A DNA stretch of 64,000 bases, taken from positions 806,001-870,000 of the forward strand of contig MU057865.1 in assembly GCA_013265495.1 (NCBI GenBank), in the 5' to 3' direction. The notes under the pieces are model-generated. The model was given only the letters and a program-made list of their open reading frames with translations. It was not told the DNA's origin and did not search any database. Shown in pieces: positions 50,529 through 63,729 of this stretch. Numbering within the stretch: position 1 is the stretch's first letter; every line of letters begins with the position of its first letter. The position numbers and the translations under genes are program-made. This stretch comes from Vicugna vicugna. Its lineage: Eukaryota.

Positions 50529-52480
50529 CCATTTTTTAAATAGAGTTTCTTTTCTCTAAGTAGAGTGATAACTCTTTGAGGAGAAGACTCACTATGTCTA
50601 CAGGTTTTGGAGTTCCTTCAATAGCCCAGATCTGAACCATAGTAAAGGCTCAGTAAATACTTAAGAAATAAAGTCAGGTCAGAAACATTGTTTGTATGGA
50701 ACGTGTTTCAGTCAGCTTGATCATTCTGTCATAAGTCATATTCAACATGTATATTTGGCCTAATTCAAACAAATCTATTAAGAATGCATTTGTAAACCAA
50801 TACTGTTATCTCATCACAGATATTTGACTTCATCCTCTTCCTAAGTGTAAATTTGCCCATATTTTAAATGACCATATCTTTAGATATGGAAATATGACTG
50901 TATTTTTAATTTCCATATCTTCAGAAGTGGGAAAAGACCTACTGGAGGAAAATGGATGCAAGTACCACAAACCACAACGTCAAGGTGCCCAGATGAATCC
51001 TGAAGCTGCTGCCAGGATCAGCTGGGCCAGGGGAGACCAACAGGAACAGTGCCTGGTTTGAAGTTTGCTGACCTATAACTGTCATGGGTTAAAGCAAGTA
51101 TTTATCCTCCCAGAGACTATCCTTTTCTCTAAAACTTATTCTTACCCATAGGTTTTGCTAAGTGATTCTGAACTGTAATTTTTCATCACACCAGGGAGCG
51201 ACTGGAGAACTTAGAATGCTCACACATGGGGGTCTGGGGAGCCCTCAGCCTACTGGTACCCTCAGGGAACTGTGTGCATTGGACCACAGGATGGAGAACA
51301 GCAACACTCTATCGGAATGTTCTCTTGTGTCCTTGATAATATCACGGCCAGTCTTTCATGAGACTAAAGCGCTCAGACTCGGAAGGAAGCAGGTGAGGTC
51401 TTGAGAACTAGAGGTAAGATGAGGACTAGGTAAGAAGGAGGGCAGGTACATATCCAATCTAAGTGCAGCAGGATGCATTTTGCAAACTTTACTTTGTTCC
51501 TACTTCCATGTTTTTCAGTCTAAGGCTGTGTTCCACATTCACTGATCCTCAAAGGAGCAGTTCGGGTGTTTAAAAGCCTGGTGGAAGCGTCTTCCTGAGA
51601 ACTGGGATTTGCCCCTCTAAGAGAAAAGAGAGAGAATTACATTAGCATAATGCATCCACTCTCTCCCCACCCTAGACCCTCAGAAAGTCACTGCTAACCT
51701 AGAGGGAGACCAAGTAAAGCACGAACATCCAAAGGGTGAGAACAAGGCAATTTTGTACTGCATTCGTCCAGGCGGACAGGAGCGGGATGAGAGCTATAGT
51801 CCGGGGGAAAAATCGGAAATGAGGTTTTCTTTTCCTAAAAGAGAAAGAGAAGGCAATTACTGTGGACCTGGTTGGCAGGCTCGCTCTGAGCTACTGATTC
51901 ACGCTGAGCCTCACTCCTCACCCTGAAGGGGTGGTGAGGAAACAGGATTGTTGCTAGAGGGGAAATTAGAGAACTGTTTCCTTAATCTCCCCCAGGGCCA
52001 CTCCCTGTGGAAGTTTTTAATTCTGGATTTGCTTTAGGCATTCCGCCCCTCCCCAGTGCACAGCCTGGGGCACAGCTCTATTGTTAAGCTTTGGGCAGTG
52101 GGCTGGGGTGGGAGGAAGACCCTGCAGGAAGGAGGGGAGCCAGCAGAAAGAACGTATCCGCCCGGACCACTATCAAAACCTGTTTTAAGAGACTTGGATG
52201 GGCATTCTCTGATACAACTTACAATAAGAGCAGAGTTTGGAATAATACTGAGATAGTTCTTTCCAACTGACTCGCTCCTTGTTAACCCCCTTCTCCATCT
52301 ATGCGATGGTTTGGCAGTTCCCTGCTGGACTCAGTATGGAGGTTCCTAATCTTCTAAGAGGTCATACACTCTTCTGAGAGTATGTTTGAAGCTGTGAATT
52401 ATTGTGGGTAGGAGGGCAAAGAATAAGAGAATTGAATGCGCAGAACATTCTGAATTAATTAATGATATAGGAAAAAATAA

Positions 52481-53030
52481 TGTGGGAAGAAAAATGTGGG
52501 GTGAGAGGATGTCCATGTCCCAGGTCTTGGTTGAGTCCCTGGGACGTGTCCCACCAAGTGTGTCTTTGGCTTCACTGAGGAAAGAATTCAAGAGTGAGCC
52601 ACAGTTGAGTAAAGATATAGATTTATTCGGAGAAGTGCGCACTCTATAGACAGAGTGCAGTCTGTCTCACTCAGCAAGGAGAGCAGCCATGAGGTGTGGG
52701 GGTGAGTCTTCATGGGCTCAGTAACCTTGTAAGCTAACAAGTGGGAGGGTTATTCCAACTACTTTTGGGGATTCCCAGGAATTGGGCCACCACCCACTTT
52801 TTGGCTTTTTATGATCAGCCTCAGAACGGTCATGGCGCTTGTGGGAGTGCCATCTGCCATGCCAATACATTACAATGAGCATATAATGAAACTCAAGGTC
52901 TGCTAGAAGTCAAATCTCCTGCCGTCTTGGGCCTCAAGGCCTGTTGAGAGTTGAATGTTCGGCCACCTTGGTGTTAATTGCTGTGTCTCTCCTTTAACGG
53001 TTGTGTCCTGCCCCCTTCTGCCCTGTCTCA
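52481..53030 (-). mobile_element. Solo ERV1-type LTR, 550 bp
   Basis: TG...CA termini with a perfect 4-bp TSD ataa (52477-52480 / 53031-53034). Antisense poly(A) signal tttatt at ~52622. Homologous to the LTR at 61058-61644. Confidence 0.9.
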
Positions 53031-55918
53031 ATAAGGTCTAAGTACTGAAGGTAGTACCATCCATATGTGCAGAGAAAGGACACCTTGACTAGGCAGGGAA
53101 GACTGAGACTTTAAGACTGCCCTAGGTGGTAAGGAGGATTTTAAAAGAAGACAGAAGAGCATGAAAATTAGGGGAGAAAAAGAATGCGTAGAGATGCTCA
53201 GGTGGGAATAAGATAGCCCGCAAAATAATCCTAACTAAATTAGTGAGTAGGCACTGTAGGCTCGTGGAAAGTAAACCTGACAATGGAGAAACTCTCTGAG
53301 AGATTCTTCTTGTTTTTTGAACTTGTATCGAACCCTGAAAGTTAGCCTGAGGGTCTCGAACTGTACTTCTAAAGGACATTTGGTAACTGTCTCAGATTTC
53401 CAGAAAGGACCATCCTACAGTTTAATCTGCCCATGGAAGTTCACAAATTTAGGAAGATGTGGCCAAGGGAAATGAGAAAAACTCTTTACCAATCAGGAGT
53501 AAAACCAGGTCTCATTTAAGTCAGGAGCCATAGCTACTTGGAAAGTTCAAACAAGAGTATTCAACATATTTCTTGTGCTTAAAATGATTAATTGGTAATG
53601 ATATTAATAAGCAAGATTGTCACTCTAAAAGTCTCCGTGGAGCACTCCCACTGGAATGGAGGCTACATGCTGTAGCCTCACAATTGGGATGAAAATTGGA
53701 CTCCATAATAGCAGAGGAAAGAGAAATTAAATGTTATAAGCCTGATAGAAATGAGAGGGCACAGGCAATGAGAGTTGAAGAGCAAAAGGAAATTTAATAA
53801 GGGTAATGTAATAAGCTCTCCCGTCTGGCAGACACTGAAGGAGGTGACTCCCCCACCCAAAGGAGAAAGGATGACAGGCATGTCTAGAGAGACTGATTAT
53901 TCACGAGAAGTTCAGAGTATGTCCTGGCTGGGCTGGCTACAATGGCAACAGACTCCAGGGCTGGGATCCTGGGCGTTCTCCCTGACGCAGCTCTCCCAGC
54001 ATCCGCGCCACCGGCACTGCATCTGAGCCTCTTGTTTGTTTTTAATATCAATCTCGGTGAGCAGCCTGGTCCTTACCCTTGTCCCATCCATGTCCCTGCT
54101 CAATAAAGGAATTACCTTAGCTCCCTGCACATGTCAATCACTACATCCTTCGGGGGAAACACTTTTATTCAGTACTGGTTTTCTTTACAATAACTCTAGG
54201 AAGTCATTAAATCAGGCATTATTATCGAAATCATACAGATGTGGAAATTGAAATACAATATGGTAAGTGGGTTTTCCAAGGTTAACTGTGATGCTGGGAC
54301 TTGAGGCTCCTGGTTCGGGGTTCTGCCTGCACACCTTTCTGTTTTCTCTAAGGGTAGCAGAGGGAGCAGTAAGTATCCTTTTCCCTCATGTTCTAAGTAC
54401 AGGTCAGAGAGCAGGGCTCTGGGCCGCTAGCTGTGTGGAATAAAGTGCTCTCATTGTGAAATCTGATTCTGGCATAAAGCTTTACAGAGAGACATTTTGC
54501 ATAACAAAGTCATTCATGTATCCCGGGGGAATGGTCTATGGTAATAGCATTTTGTTGATCTGGTCACAACAAATAATGCACAATTAATAACACCATATTA
54601 TAAAATGCTATCTCTCTTGACTATTCATAAAACATGCTGTCTCTAAAATAAAATACTTGGTGGTTTATTGCTTAATTATTATTTAATTATTGCTTTTTTA
54701 AAAAAAAAAGTAGTCAGTAGAGGAGTGCATTTTGTTAGAACTGTAAGTGAGAAGGCGAGATCTCCATCTCTGCACCAGCCCAGCTCTTCCAAATTGAGCT
54801 CCTGCTCATTACTGGTCAATGCCCTCTCATCTTTCTGGGCTTCCACTTACCATCATTCAGTTGCCACTCTCCCAGATGAATAAATGCAAAGCCAGCCTTC
54901 GTTATAACAAACAGATGATCTTGGAGATGGGAGAAACGTGTGGAATGAGCTACAGCACGTCTTTTCATTGCTGAGATCACTTCAGAATGTAAGCAATCTG
55001 TCAATGTTTGATGGACTTGCTTTTGTCTTGTTAGCTCCAGCTCATGCCAAGGGTGAATGTGGTTTATGGAAAAAAGTCATTACAAGACTAAATAATTTGA
55101 ATTTTTTGCATTATTTGCTATATGAAGAAGTTTGATTGGTGTCTCTTTCCAAGGTATTCAGATTTGGAAAATATGTATTCATAATTAGAAAATAGGCAAT
55201 TAATCCTATCCTTTGGCTTACCTAGGAATTAAACAAAATATTTATTAATTTGCCTTTTTAATCACCTTTCTTCAAATTGCTCTACTTTGATCTTTGTCTG
55301 TCTTATGTAACTATACATAATATGTAAATGTACACATACATATATCCGCATATGTGTATACTCACACATATATGTGTATACATTTGTTGGCAATGCATTT
55401 GAATTGAGATAATGACAAAAAAAAATTGGATGAGCGTGGATAGACTATAAAATGCAGTCACCTTTCATTTAATGGGAAGGTTCTAAGTTGGTCTTGATTG
55501 GGTGTCAAAAGCTGCATTGTTACAGCCTCCGTGTGGAAACGGGAATCCGAAACTCAAAATTAGAACAGTTGTACAACTGAAGGCTACACTCACCCGGAGC
55601 GCCCAGTCAGTGCCAGCCCCTGAGCTCAGCGACTGGCCAGCACTATCGTCTTAACTCTTCTAACATCCCTGTGTAGCAGGTGCTCTTCTCACCTCCTCCT
55701 GTAGATTGAAAGAGAGGTCGGTTACCTCGCATAAGTGTCTATGACTAGAACTTCAGGCAACTGCGAGTTAAACCCAGATGTCTTCTACTCCAGCCTCTGT
55801 CTTTAAACACAAGAAAACTTACGGGAAAACTTAGCAGAGGTGGGTTAAGAACAATCAAACTGCTGCAAGGTGGAGTGGGTTTTTGGAGTTACTACATTCT
55901 TTTTCCAAAGTTTTAGAG

Positions 55919-56130
55919 CAATGATTCTCAGTGTTTTCTTTCATGATGTCCCTACCCCTCCATGGAGACTTTTTGGAGATTTTTCCTAATTGCCTTCCCA
56001 TGAAATGTTCATTTCACAATATACTATATTTCTGTGTGTGTACTGGATGTACCTCTGAACTTTATACACGGGATTAGTAACAGTTTTTTCATTCCCAAGA
56101 ACCAGTTTACCCCCTTGTTGAGAACGCCAG
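55919..56130. mobile_element. hAT-Charlie-type MITE
   Basis: Imperfect terminal inverted repeats caatgattctca ... tgagaacgccag with 8-bp flanks ttttagag / ccttaaag, resembling the Charlie TCTAGA-type target site. Confidence 0.55.
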
Positions 56131-56180
56131 CCTTAAAGGCTTAGAGCAAGCAATCTAGGTCTTGATAGAAAATAATCTTA

Positions 56181-56246
56181 ATATATGTATGTACATATGT
56201 ATATATGTATGTGTGTGTGTATACATATATATATATATACACACAG
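56181..56246. repeat. Compound (TA)/(TG)/(CA) microsatellite
   Basis: Alternating purine-pyrimidine tract, directly visible. Confidence 0.9.
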
Positions 56247-56359
56247 CCCAGAGAAATAAAAATATTTAGTCATTACATTTTTCATTCTTCCTTTACCTAT
56301 AACTGAAGATTTTTCCAGTATTTATAAAAAATAAACAAAATTTAATTATCAATATACAG

Positions 56360-56493
56360 ACTTTTGCTTAATTTTAAACATATTTAATTGACTATTTGTT
56401 ACTTTGTGTAATTGATTTTAAATATATTTAATTTGCTATTTGTTACTTTGCTTAATTAATTTTAAACATATTTAACTATTTGCTACTTTGCTT
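56360..56493. repeat. AT-rich minisatellite, three copies of a ~40-44-bp unit
   Basis: Unit approximately actttgcttaatt(gatt)ttaaacatatttaattg(a)ctatttgtt, repeated three times. Confidence 0.85.
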
Positions 56494-57399
56494 TCTTATA
56501 AATATGCTTAATTATAAATGTATGTTAAAAAAAAGAAACTATTTTAGTAGTACTAAATTGACCTAAGTAGATGTTACTGTTCAGCTCTGAACAGCTACCT
56601 GAAGTGAAGCGAAGGCATGTTTATTAGCAGAATTTCATGTATTAGAAGAAAAGAAAAAAAAATAAAAGTTTTAAGTGTAGAACAATCACCACTAGCTTAG
56701 CAAAGTTTATATGCAAAAATAAATTACATGCATGCATTCAATTTTTGCAATATAAAAGCATAAACTCTTTAATACTGGCTTGCCTGAAATTTATACATTT
56801 TCTTTTCATGGATTTATTGCTGTTGCTTGGCTGGTTTTGGCCCCTAAAAATTTACACTATTTCTCTTTTCATTACTCCCTTTAATTTATTCCTCAGTTGC
56901 ATTATCTTCACTTCCCTAAAACTCTGAAAATGCTCAGAAATCATTATCATTTTCTATTCTCAGAATTTTAAGTATTAGATTTTTTAAAGTCCTTTAGGTG
57001 CAACTGAATTATTTGATCTCGTACTCTCTTGATCCCATGACAAGGGTGTGATTCTGAAGTTTCTGTTCACTCATCTGTGGATTTATGGAGCGCCTCCTGC
57101 CATGTCACAACGGTTCCCCAGATGCAGGAGATGGCAAGTGCTCACTTCAGGCCGTGGCCCTGAGATGTAGGGAATGGACAGTAGAGTTGGGGAGTCCCAG
57201 TAGCTGACACTCAAGACACGAGTGTCAACTCATGGCTTTCGAAGCTAAGCTGCTAAGCTGCTCTGTCCCTTCCTATTTACAAAAATCGATTGACCCTGTC
57301 TCCACCTCAGTCTCCCATGATAATAAATATTTCTGCTTCCACTACGACTGTCATTAATAACAATGGTTACTAGTGATAATATTAAAAAATAAAAATAGC

Positions 57400-57610
57400 A
57401 GCTAACATTGATGAGATATGTGCTGCCTACCTGATGATTCATTTAATCAACCCAGGAATTTCTTATATGTGTACTATGATTATCTGCATTTTACAGATGA
57501 AGCCAAAGTGAAGAAAATGTCTTGAAACAGATAGCAGAGCTAGGAGACAGCAGGCTAAGATTCGAACACAGTCCTGAGTCACAGCCCGTATTTTTACCTG
57601 TGATACCACT
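57400..57610 (-). mobile_element. MIR SINE
   Basis: gctaacattgatgaga...tcatttaatc...attatctgcattttacagatgaag...gattcgaacacagtc. Confidence 0.75.
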
Positions 57611-60363
57611 GCTGCTGGATTAGATGGCCCCTAAAGTTCCTCCAAACTCAACTGCTTTCTGGTTCCGTGACTTTTCATTATTCTACCCAGGCTTTGTTCA
57701 GCAGAACACCTTGCCTTTAACGATGGTAAAATCTTGGCTTCCCTTCAGTGAATACACCGACCATCAGAGCCACAGGACGGGACCACAGGGCCACAGGGGA
57801 GTCACACCATGGCTACTTTTAAAAAATCCCTTTTAATTCCTTCTACTTTCCTACACACATTTCTCATGTTATTAACCCAACAATGATTAGCCATTAAACA
57901 TCCCCCACAATGGAGAGGGTGAGAGAAAGAAGGAGAGGGAGAGAGAGAAAGAGAGAAAGAAATAACCACCAAGACAGGAGAAATTCAGAGAGAGACAGAA
58001 AACCAATAGTAAGGCGAAGAACTCACTAAAGGGGATGCAAAAACAAGGACACAACCCCTGTATTTCTACAGATAAAAATTTAGAAGGATGTTTATTCTGA
58101 ACAGATATTAAGTCTTGATGGAATTGGACACATTTAAGCAGGTATGTTCCTCATCATAGCTAATTTGGGGCTGAAAAGATAAACTAATGAATTGAATACC
58201 CCCAAAGGCTTAAGTTTTCCCTTACTGGCTTCCAAAATTTTATAGAACTAGATTTGCAGTCTTTTTTCTTTTTTTCCTGAATTAACTTGAATCTAGTACT
58301 GATTTGATACCGGGAATACACTGCAGTCTCTTCCTTCTCCGAACTTCTTGTCTAAAATACATCCCCTTGATATAAGAGGATCATAAACAGGCATAAAGCA
58401 TCTTTTCTGTGTCTATAAAAGGAGCTCAACATTACTGAATTAATAAAGTAGATTTATTGAGTGGCCACCATATTCCCTGCTCCAGGCAGAATGAAATATC
58501 AACACTCTTTTGGGAGATGCTGTAAAGCATCCTTTGCCTTTGGAGGAAACCCTGCTCTCCTTCTTTGCGTCTGGCATGTGCTCCAAGGTGTGGGCTGTAC
58601 CTTTTGTATCAACCTGCGGCAAAGCCAGAGCACGACACATTTGGGTTTGTGTAAACGTCTTTGCTTCTGCTGCTTCTCTGAAGAGTGAGACAGCCTCGCT
58701 GGAATGAGCTCCTCTGATTCCCAGCCCTTCAAACTAACCACCAGGCGATAACCACTCACAACAGATACTGACTTTCCATGCATAAGGATTCATTTTATGT
58801 GCAAAACATTTCGTAGTGTTCCAGTCATAGCTCACTGGGTGTTATTCCAGAAAGCATCTTTCTGAACCACTAATCGAGATTTCTTAAACAAACAGCATTA
58901 GGCATCTCTTTCTGGGTTTTTCAAATTTCTTAGAGAGAAAAATACAAGATTTGAAATGCTTGCGTATCATTATCAAGAACATAATCAAATACATAGGATA
59001 TAGAGTAAGGCGTATGGTAGGGACTTATTTTCTTCTGAAATCAGTAGAGATTTCACAGAGGGATATAAGTTCCTAAAAAGATGTTCTTTTGAAAACCTTT
59101 TAGAAAAGAATTTTTGGTTAAATAAGTTTGGAAAATAATATACACTACATAACTCTCTTAGAAACTTACAAACATGCCAGTATTAAGGATTCCAAGGAGT
59201 TCTGTAATAATGGGACTTCATTATATTTAAGATTTTCTCAGCTAATTTTAACTCTTATTCTTTTTTTTTTTTTCTTGTGACATGTAATACCAACAAAGAG
59301 AACCAGTGCCCCACAGGGCTCTGGGGCGTGAGAATATCATGGGAACAACTTGGAATGTGAGTTCCGAGACCAGCTCCTCTTCTAAAATCAGTCCTGGAAA
59401 TTTGGGTTCAATTTTACCTCTTAGACGTTGTTTACTCATCCGCCAAATTCAGGTAAAAGTGTTTACCATGTCAGACAAGATATGGAATATTCAGAAAGAA
59501 CAATTGTTCAATAGCCGTGAAACACATTAAAGTTCAAGAGCAATGTACACATGGGAATTCCTTTGATGTCTCCTGATCTTCAGCACAATTCTAACTGTAT
59601 CACTGAAGTGTCTTCTGTAGTTTGTAACCTTCATCTTCATAACGAAACATTTACAAGAACAGTGGTTTACAGCTGGCTAGGTCCTGGAGATTGTATTTAA
59701 GTAAGTCAGCCAGGACCTTTTCTGCTTCTGCAAAATTTAGACTGCTATTGATGTAAATAAATCCAGAAGTAGAAATTGAATGTACAGTTCAGTTAAACAT
59801 TATGCAAGATTTACCCCCAGGTAATGGTGATTGAGTACAATGTAGCTACGTTATGATGCTGATCTTGGTGAAAGAATTTACTCCCTTTAATAATGTCTTT
59901 TATATGACTTTCACAGTACACACCTCTGATAATTGGAGGAAGAGAATGCGTTCTTGGCAAATGAAGATTCATAACATAACAGGCAGCTGTATTGTATCAA
60001 CTGACATGTGGGGCTGTAAAAAGAAAAAAAAAACTAGCACATTTCCTTATTTTCCTAAGATTTTTTTTCCTTAAACGAGTGTAATGATTGATGTTACCTG
60101 ATAGATTGGGGTTGTAAGGCCTGCATTCCAAATCACTATGCCTGCTATTGGGTAAGTTATCAATAAGTTGACAGAAGCGCCTGATTATAGTCAAATACCT
60201 TGTATTCCCACAAGTCAATCAGCTCACAGAGTTAATAACACACATTGCTAGTTAGCCGAGCTTCCCTTCAATCAAAACCACCACAGAAACAATAAATCTA
60301 GCTTTAGCTACAAAGCATAACATTTGCTAGACATTGTGTTAATGCAAATAATAAACACCTAAA

Positions 60364-60365
<2 letters not shown>

Positions 60366-60394
<29 letters not shown>

Positions 60395-60404
60395 TGTGTG
60401 TGTG
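60366..60404. repeat. (TG)n microsatellite
   Basis: Directly visible, one interruption. Confidence 0.95.
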
Positions 60405-60618
60405 TTCTGCTTTCTCACTAATCATGAACAATCCTCAAATACTACTTAAGCTGACTATTTGCCCCAAGGCTTGACATTTCCATGGTTCCTGTATGGTTTT
60501 ATGATACTCTGACCTCTGGAGAGCATCATTAGAAACCTCTTTTTTTTTTTTTTTTTTAAGATAAAGAAACCAATGTCTAGAAAAGTGACCTAGGTAACCT
60601 CTTAGAGTCTAAGTCTTT

Positions 60619-60770
60619 AATGTTTTTCTTTTTTTTTTTTGGGGGGGGGTGATTAGGTTTATTTTATTTATGAATTTATTATTTATTTTAATGGAGGTAC
60701 TGGGGATTGACCCCAGGACCTTGTGCATGATAAGCACACATTCTACCACTGAGCTATACTGTCCCCCCTA
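60619..60770 (-). mobile_element. tRNA-Ala-derived SINE (camelid vic-1-like) with TSD
   Basis: Reverse complement reads ggggggacagtatagctcagtggtagaatgtgtgcttatcatgcacaaggtcctggggtcaatccccagtacctcca, then an A-rich region, aaacctaatcacccccc and poly(A). TSD ctaagtcttt at 60609-60618 / 60771-60780. Confidence 0.92.
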
Positions 60771-61057
60771 CTAAGTCTTTTAAAATACAGCTGGTTTGAG
60801 ACCTTTTGGGGTCCTGAACACTCTATTTTGGAGGTCTCACTACTCATCATACCAAACATCCACATCAGACACCACATTTATACGAGTCTGGATGTAGCTC
60901 ATTAGTGGAAGTTATGCTATGTTTTATAGCTGTCATGAAATATTTATAATTCTAATTTCTGCACTTTCAAGAATTTAAAGTATATATATATTTTTAGTTC
61001 TCAAGCATCATTTTTATAGGCCCTTAGAAACATTGTAGGTTTTAGACACTATACCTA

Positions 61058-61644
61058 TGTTGGGGGAGAATAGGTTCTTGCCTCACGCAGGAAAGAATTC
61101 AAGAGCAAGGCATGGTAAAGTGAAAGCAAGTTTGTTTAGAGGGCTCCACACACCACGGACAGAGTGGGGTCTGTCTCATTAAGAACAGAAAACGGCTTAG
61201 GAGACACACACTCCATAGGCAGAATGCGGGCCATCTCAGAAAGGTGAGAGGGAGAGAAGCCGAGAGGTGTGGGGTGTGTAAAGTAAAAGTAGATACACAC
61301 TTGCAGACAGAGTGCGGGCCATCTCAGAAGGTGCAGCAGAGGGACCACAAGGTGTGGGGTTGTTAGGTTTTATGGACTCGGCAATTTCGCATGCCACTGA
61401 GTAGGAGGATTATGCCAACTACTTCGGGGAAGGGGTGAGGATTTCCAGGAAATGCCCCCCACGCACTTTTTGACCTTTTATGGGCAGCCCAGGAACTGTC
61501 ATGGCGCCTGTGGGTGCACCATGAGGCTCAAGGTCAACTGGAAGTCAAACCTCCCGCCATCTTGGTTCTAACCAGTTTGTCCTGTCCTCAATGGCTGTGT
61601 CACTCCTTCAGTGGCTGTGCCTTGCCCTCTCCCCTCCCACTTCA
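61058..61644 (-). mobile_element. Solo ERV1-type LTR, 587 bp, same family as 52481-53030
   Basis: TG...CA termini with a perfect 4-bp TSD ccta (61054-61057 / 61645-61648). Shares ggaaagaattcaagag, ccaactactt, gtcatggcgc and gaagtcaaa with the 52.5-kb LTR. Confidence 0.9.
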
Positions 61645-62708
61645 CCTAGAGAACTTGCAGGATGAGAGACCTTGTTTCAGATGCATGTTCACACTTTCCT
61701 CAATGTAGAATCCATGCCACCCCAGAGATCCTTCTCTCTGTCCTGTTGTCTCTCAGCCAGTGTGCCAGGCAAAATCCATCTATTTTTTAGGGACAAACTT
61801 GAGCCCCATTCATAAAAATATTCTCACTGATTCCTCCCTCTCTATACTTCATATCTGAGGACTTGCAAGTGAATTTTAATCCCATATCCCATTTTTCCAC
61901 GGTTGTTTTCTTGTTTCCTGCATTAGCCTGTCAATGAAGTTTTCCTTTTTTCCTTTCTTCCTGCAGAGATCGACACTTGCTCCAGGGTACCGTGGATAGA
62001 ATGTTAGGAAACTCTTCTGGTGTGTTCTGGGGGTGCGATCGGTGCAGTGGAAGTCCACAGAAAGCACAGCGCCATGCTAGTCACCAGTGCCCCCGGAGTG
62101 TCCTCCTCCTCTCCACACAACCCAGGGGACAAGCGATCAGAGAAATTCTGCATACAGCTTTATGGCTTGCTTGCTCTTCAGACAATTTTCTTTCCCCTAA
62201 TCTAGGGGGTGTGGGTGTTAGGACATCCCCTTTCATTGAACATTACACAGTTGAGTAAAAGGAGATTATGGAAAATTTGAGGAATACACTTGTTTTACTG
62301 GCATTGTAACAGCTGTACTCATAAATACTCAGCCTCTTTCCCTCGGCTTCCAGTGGTCCAAGGTTGGCCTGGAGATGTTTTGCTAACATGCAGACTTGAG
62401 AGCACGCACCTGCCCACGGCCTCACACTCCCTCTGCAGCCTTTTAGGAGGGCTGGTGACAATGCCACTCCTGGGCACACAGCCCTTGTTTTACTCTTCCT
62501 AGAGCATGCTGTTTTGACCTCTGCCAAACTACTAGAAAGCGAACGGCTTAGGTTTATCCCGAAGCCAGCTGTCTCTGTGGGTTACACAGTGTGCCATTCT
62601 GAGATTCCCCCAGGAACTGGAATGAAATTGGGTGATATTTCCAGAGAATGATTCCTGACTTTCAGACTTTCAGCCTTTGTATGTCTCTCAGCTTCACACT
62701 TTCTCATA

Positions 62709-62740
62709 CCACACACCCACGCACACATACACGCACGCGC

Positions 62741-62771
<31 letters not shown>
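62709..62771. repeat. (CA)n / (CG) compound microsatellite
   Basis: cacacacccacgcacacatacacgcacgcgcacacg followed by (ca)n. Confidence 0.95.
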
Positions 62772-62885
62772 ATAAGAGAGCCTCTCTTCAGTACCAGGTC
62801 TGGAGGACCAGGGGTGCTGCTGTGAAGGCTGCTTGTTTACAGAGACAAAACATGTGCGAGGATTAAACCTGAATGTTGGATAATA

Positions 62886-62913
62886 AAACAAACAAACAAA
62901 CAAACAAACAAAG
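62886..62913. repeat. (AAAC)n microsatellite
   Basis: Directly visible. Confidence 0.9.
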
Positions 62914-63729
62914 ACAGCCCTGAATTCCATATATCTCTCATATCACTCTCAGTCTTTTAAAGTCATGTATGCCATGTCATGCAAAGTTTGAAAGCTACTT
63001 CCCATCATAGCACATCATACCTCCACGCTGGGAATATGATGGGATGGTTCTGAGTGTTGATGGGGCTGGAAGAAGGAGAGGTGGGCAGGGTAATCATAAA
63101 AAAATAAGTAAATAAAAGGAGAGGTCATCTCCAATTTATAGACAAGAAAGAAAATTCAAGCATGGTTACTGACTTGTCTCAGCTCTAAATGAAATAAAAT
63201 GGATATCTAGATTTCCAACCACATCTCCTGCATCTGTTTCAGTGCTACATCCAGTGCCTGTCATTTTGTCTTCGGTAACGGTGTGAAGTTGCCAAAGACA
63301 AAGCCTTGTGCTCCCAGGCTGCCTTGATTTTGCTGTCCTCTCCTCCCTTCCACAGGGACCCTTTTCCCAGGTGACCCTGCCTCTCAGGATCGCTCGCTAT
63401 GAAAGCCAGGGATAAACTCGTCAGGCACAAGGGCAAGGAAATGACAAACTAGCATGCTTCTGCTCCCAAGAGTCCAACCACACGGCTCTTAAGTAGTTTC
63501 TTTAAAATGCCGAAAGGCTTACAGCCTTTGCAAATACCCTTTGTTCCCCCAGGGCACGTTCCTCCTGTGTTTCCCCTGCGTGTTGACTGCTCTGCTTTGG
63601 GGGCTCAGCTCAAATTGCATTCCCTCAAATGGGCTAGCCTTCACCCCACATCCAAGTTAGACATGGTAGTTACTACTCCCCACACAGCACACCGGGGAAT
63701 TTTGTTCTTAGTTCCCGGGACTCTTCAGC

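Noticed and set aside
50924..51060. Possible coding exon after the acceptor-like tcttcag (GKDLLEENGCKYHKPQ...)
   Set aside because: No recognisable homology, a stop follows, and there is no convincing donor.
56360..56493. CRISPR-like repeat array
   Set aside because: The units are adjacent, degenerate and lack unique spacers. This is mammalian DNA with no cas genes, so it is a minisatellite.
57205..57227. 8-bp inverted repeat tgacactc...gagtgtca as a hairpin or miRNA
   Set aside because: The stem is too short for a pre-miRNA and is expected by chance in 64 kb. I recognised no known mature miRNA in the window.
52481..61644. Two related, co-oriented LTRs ~8 kb apart, suggesting a full-length provirus
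   Set aside because: Each LTR has its own distinct perfect TSD (ataa versus ccta) and they differ structurally. The interval contains MIRs, a MITE and a SINE but no gag/pol/env-like ORF. They are independent solo LTRs.
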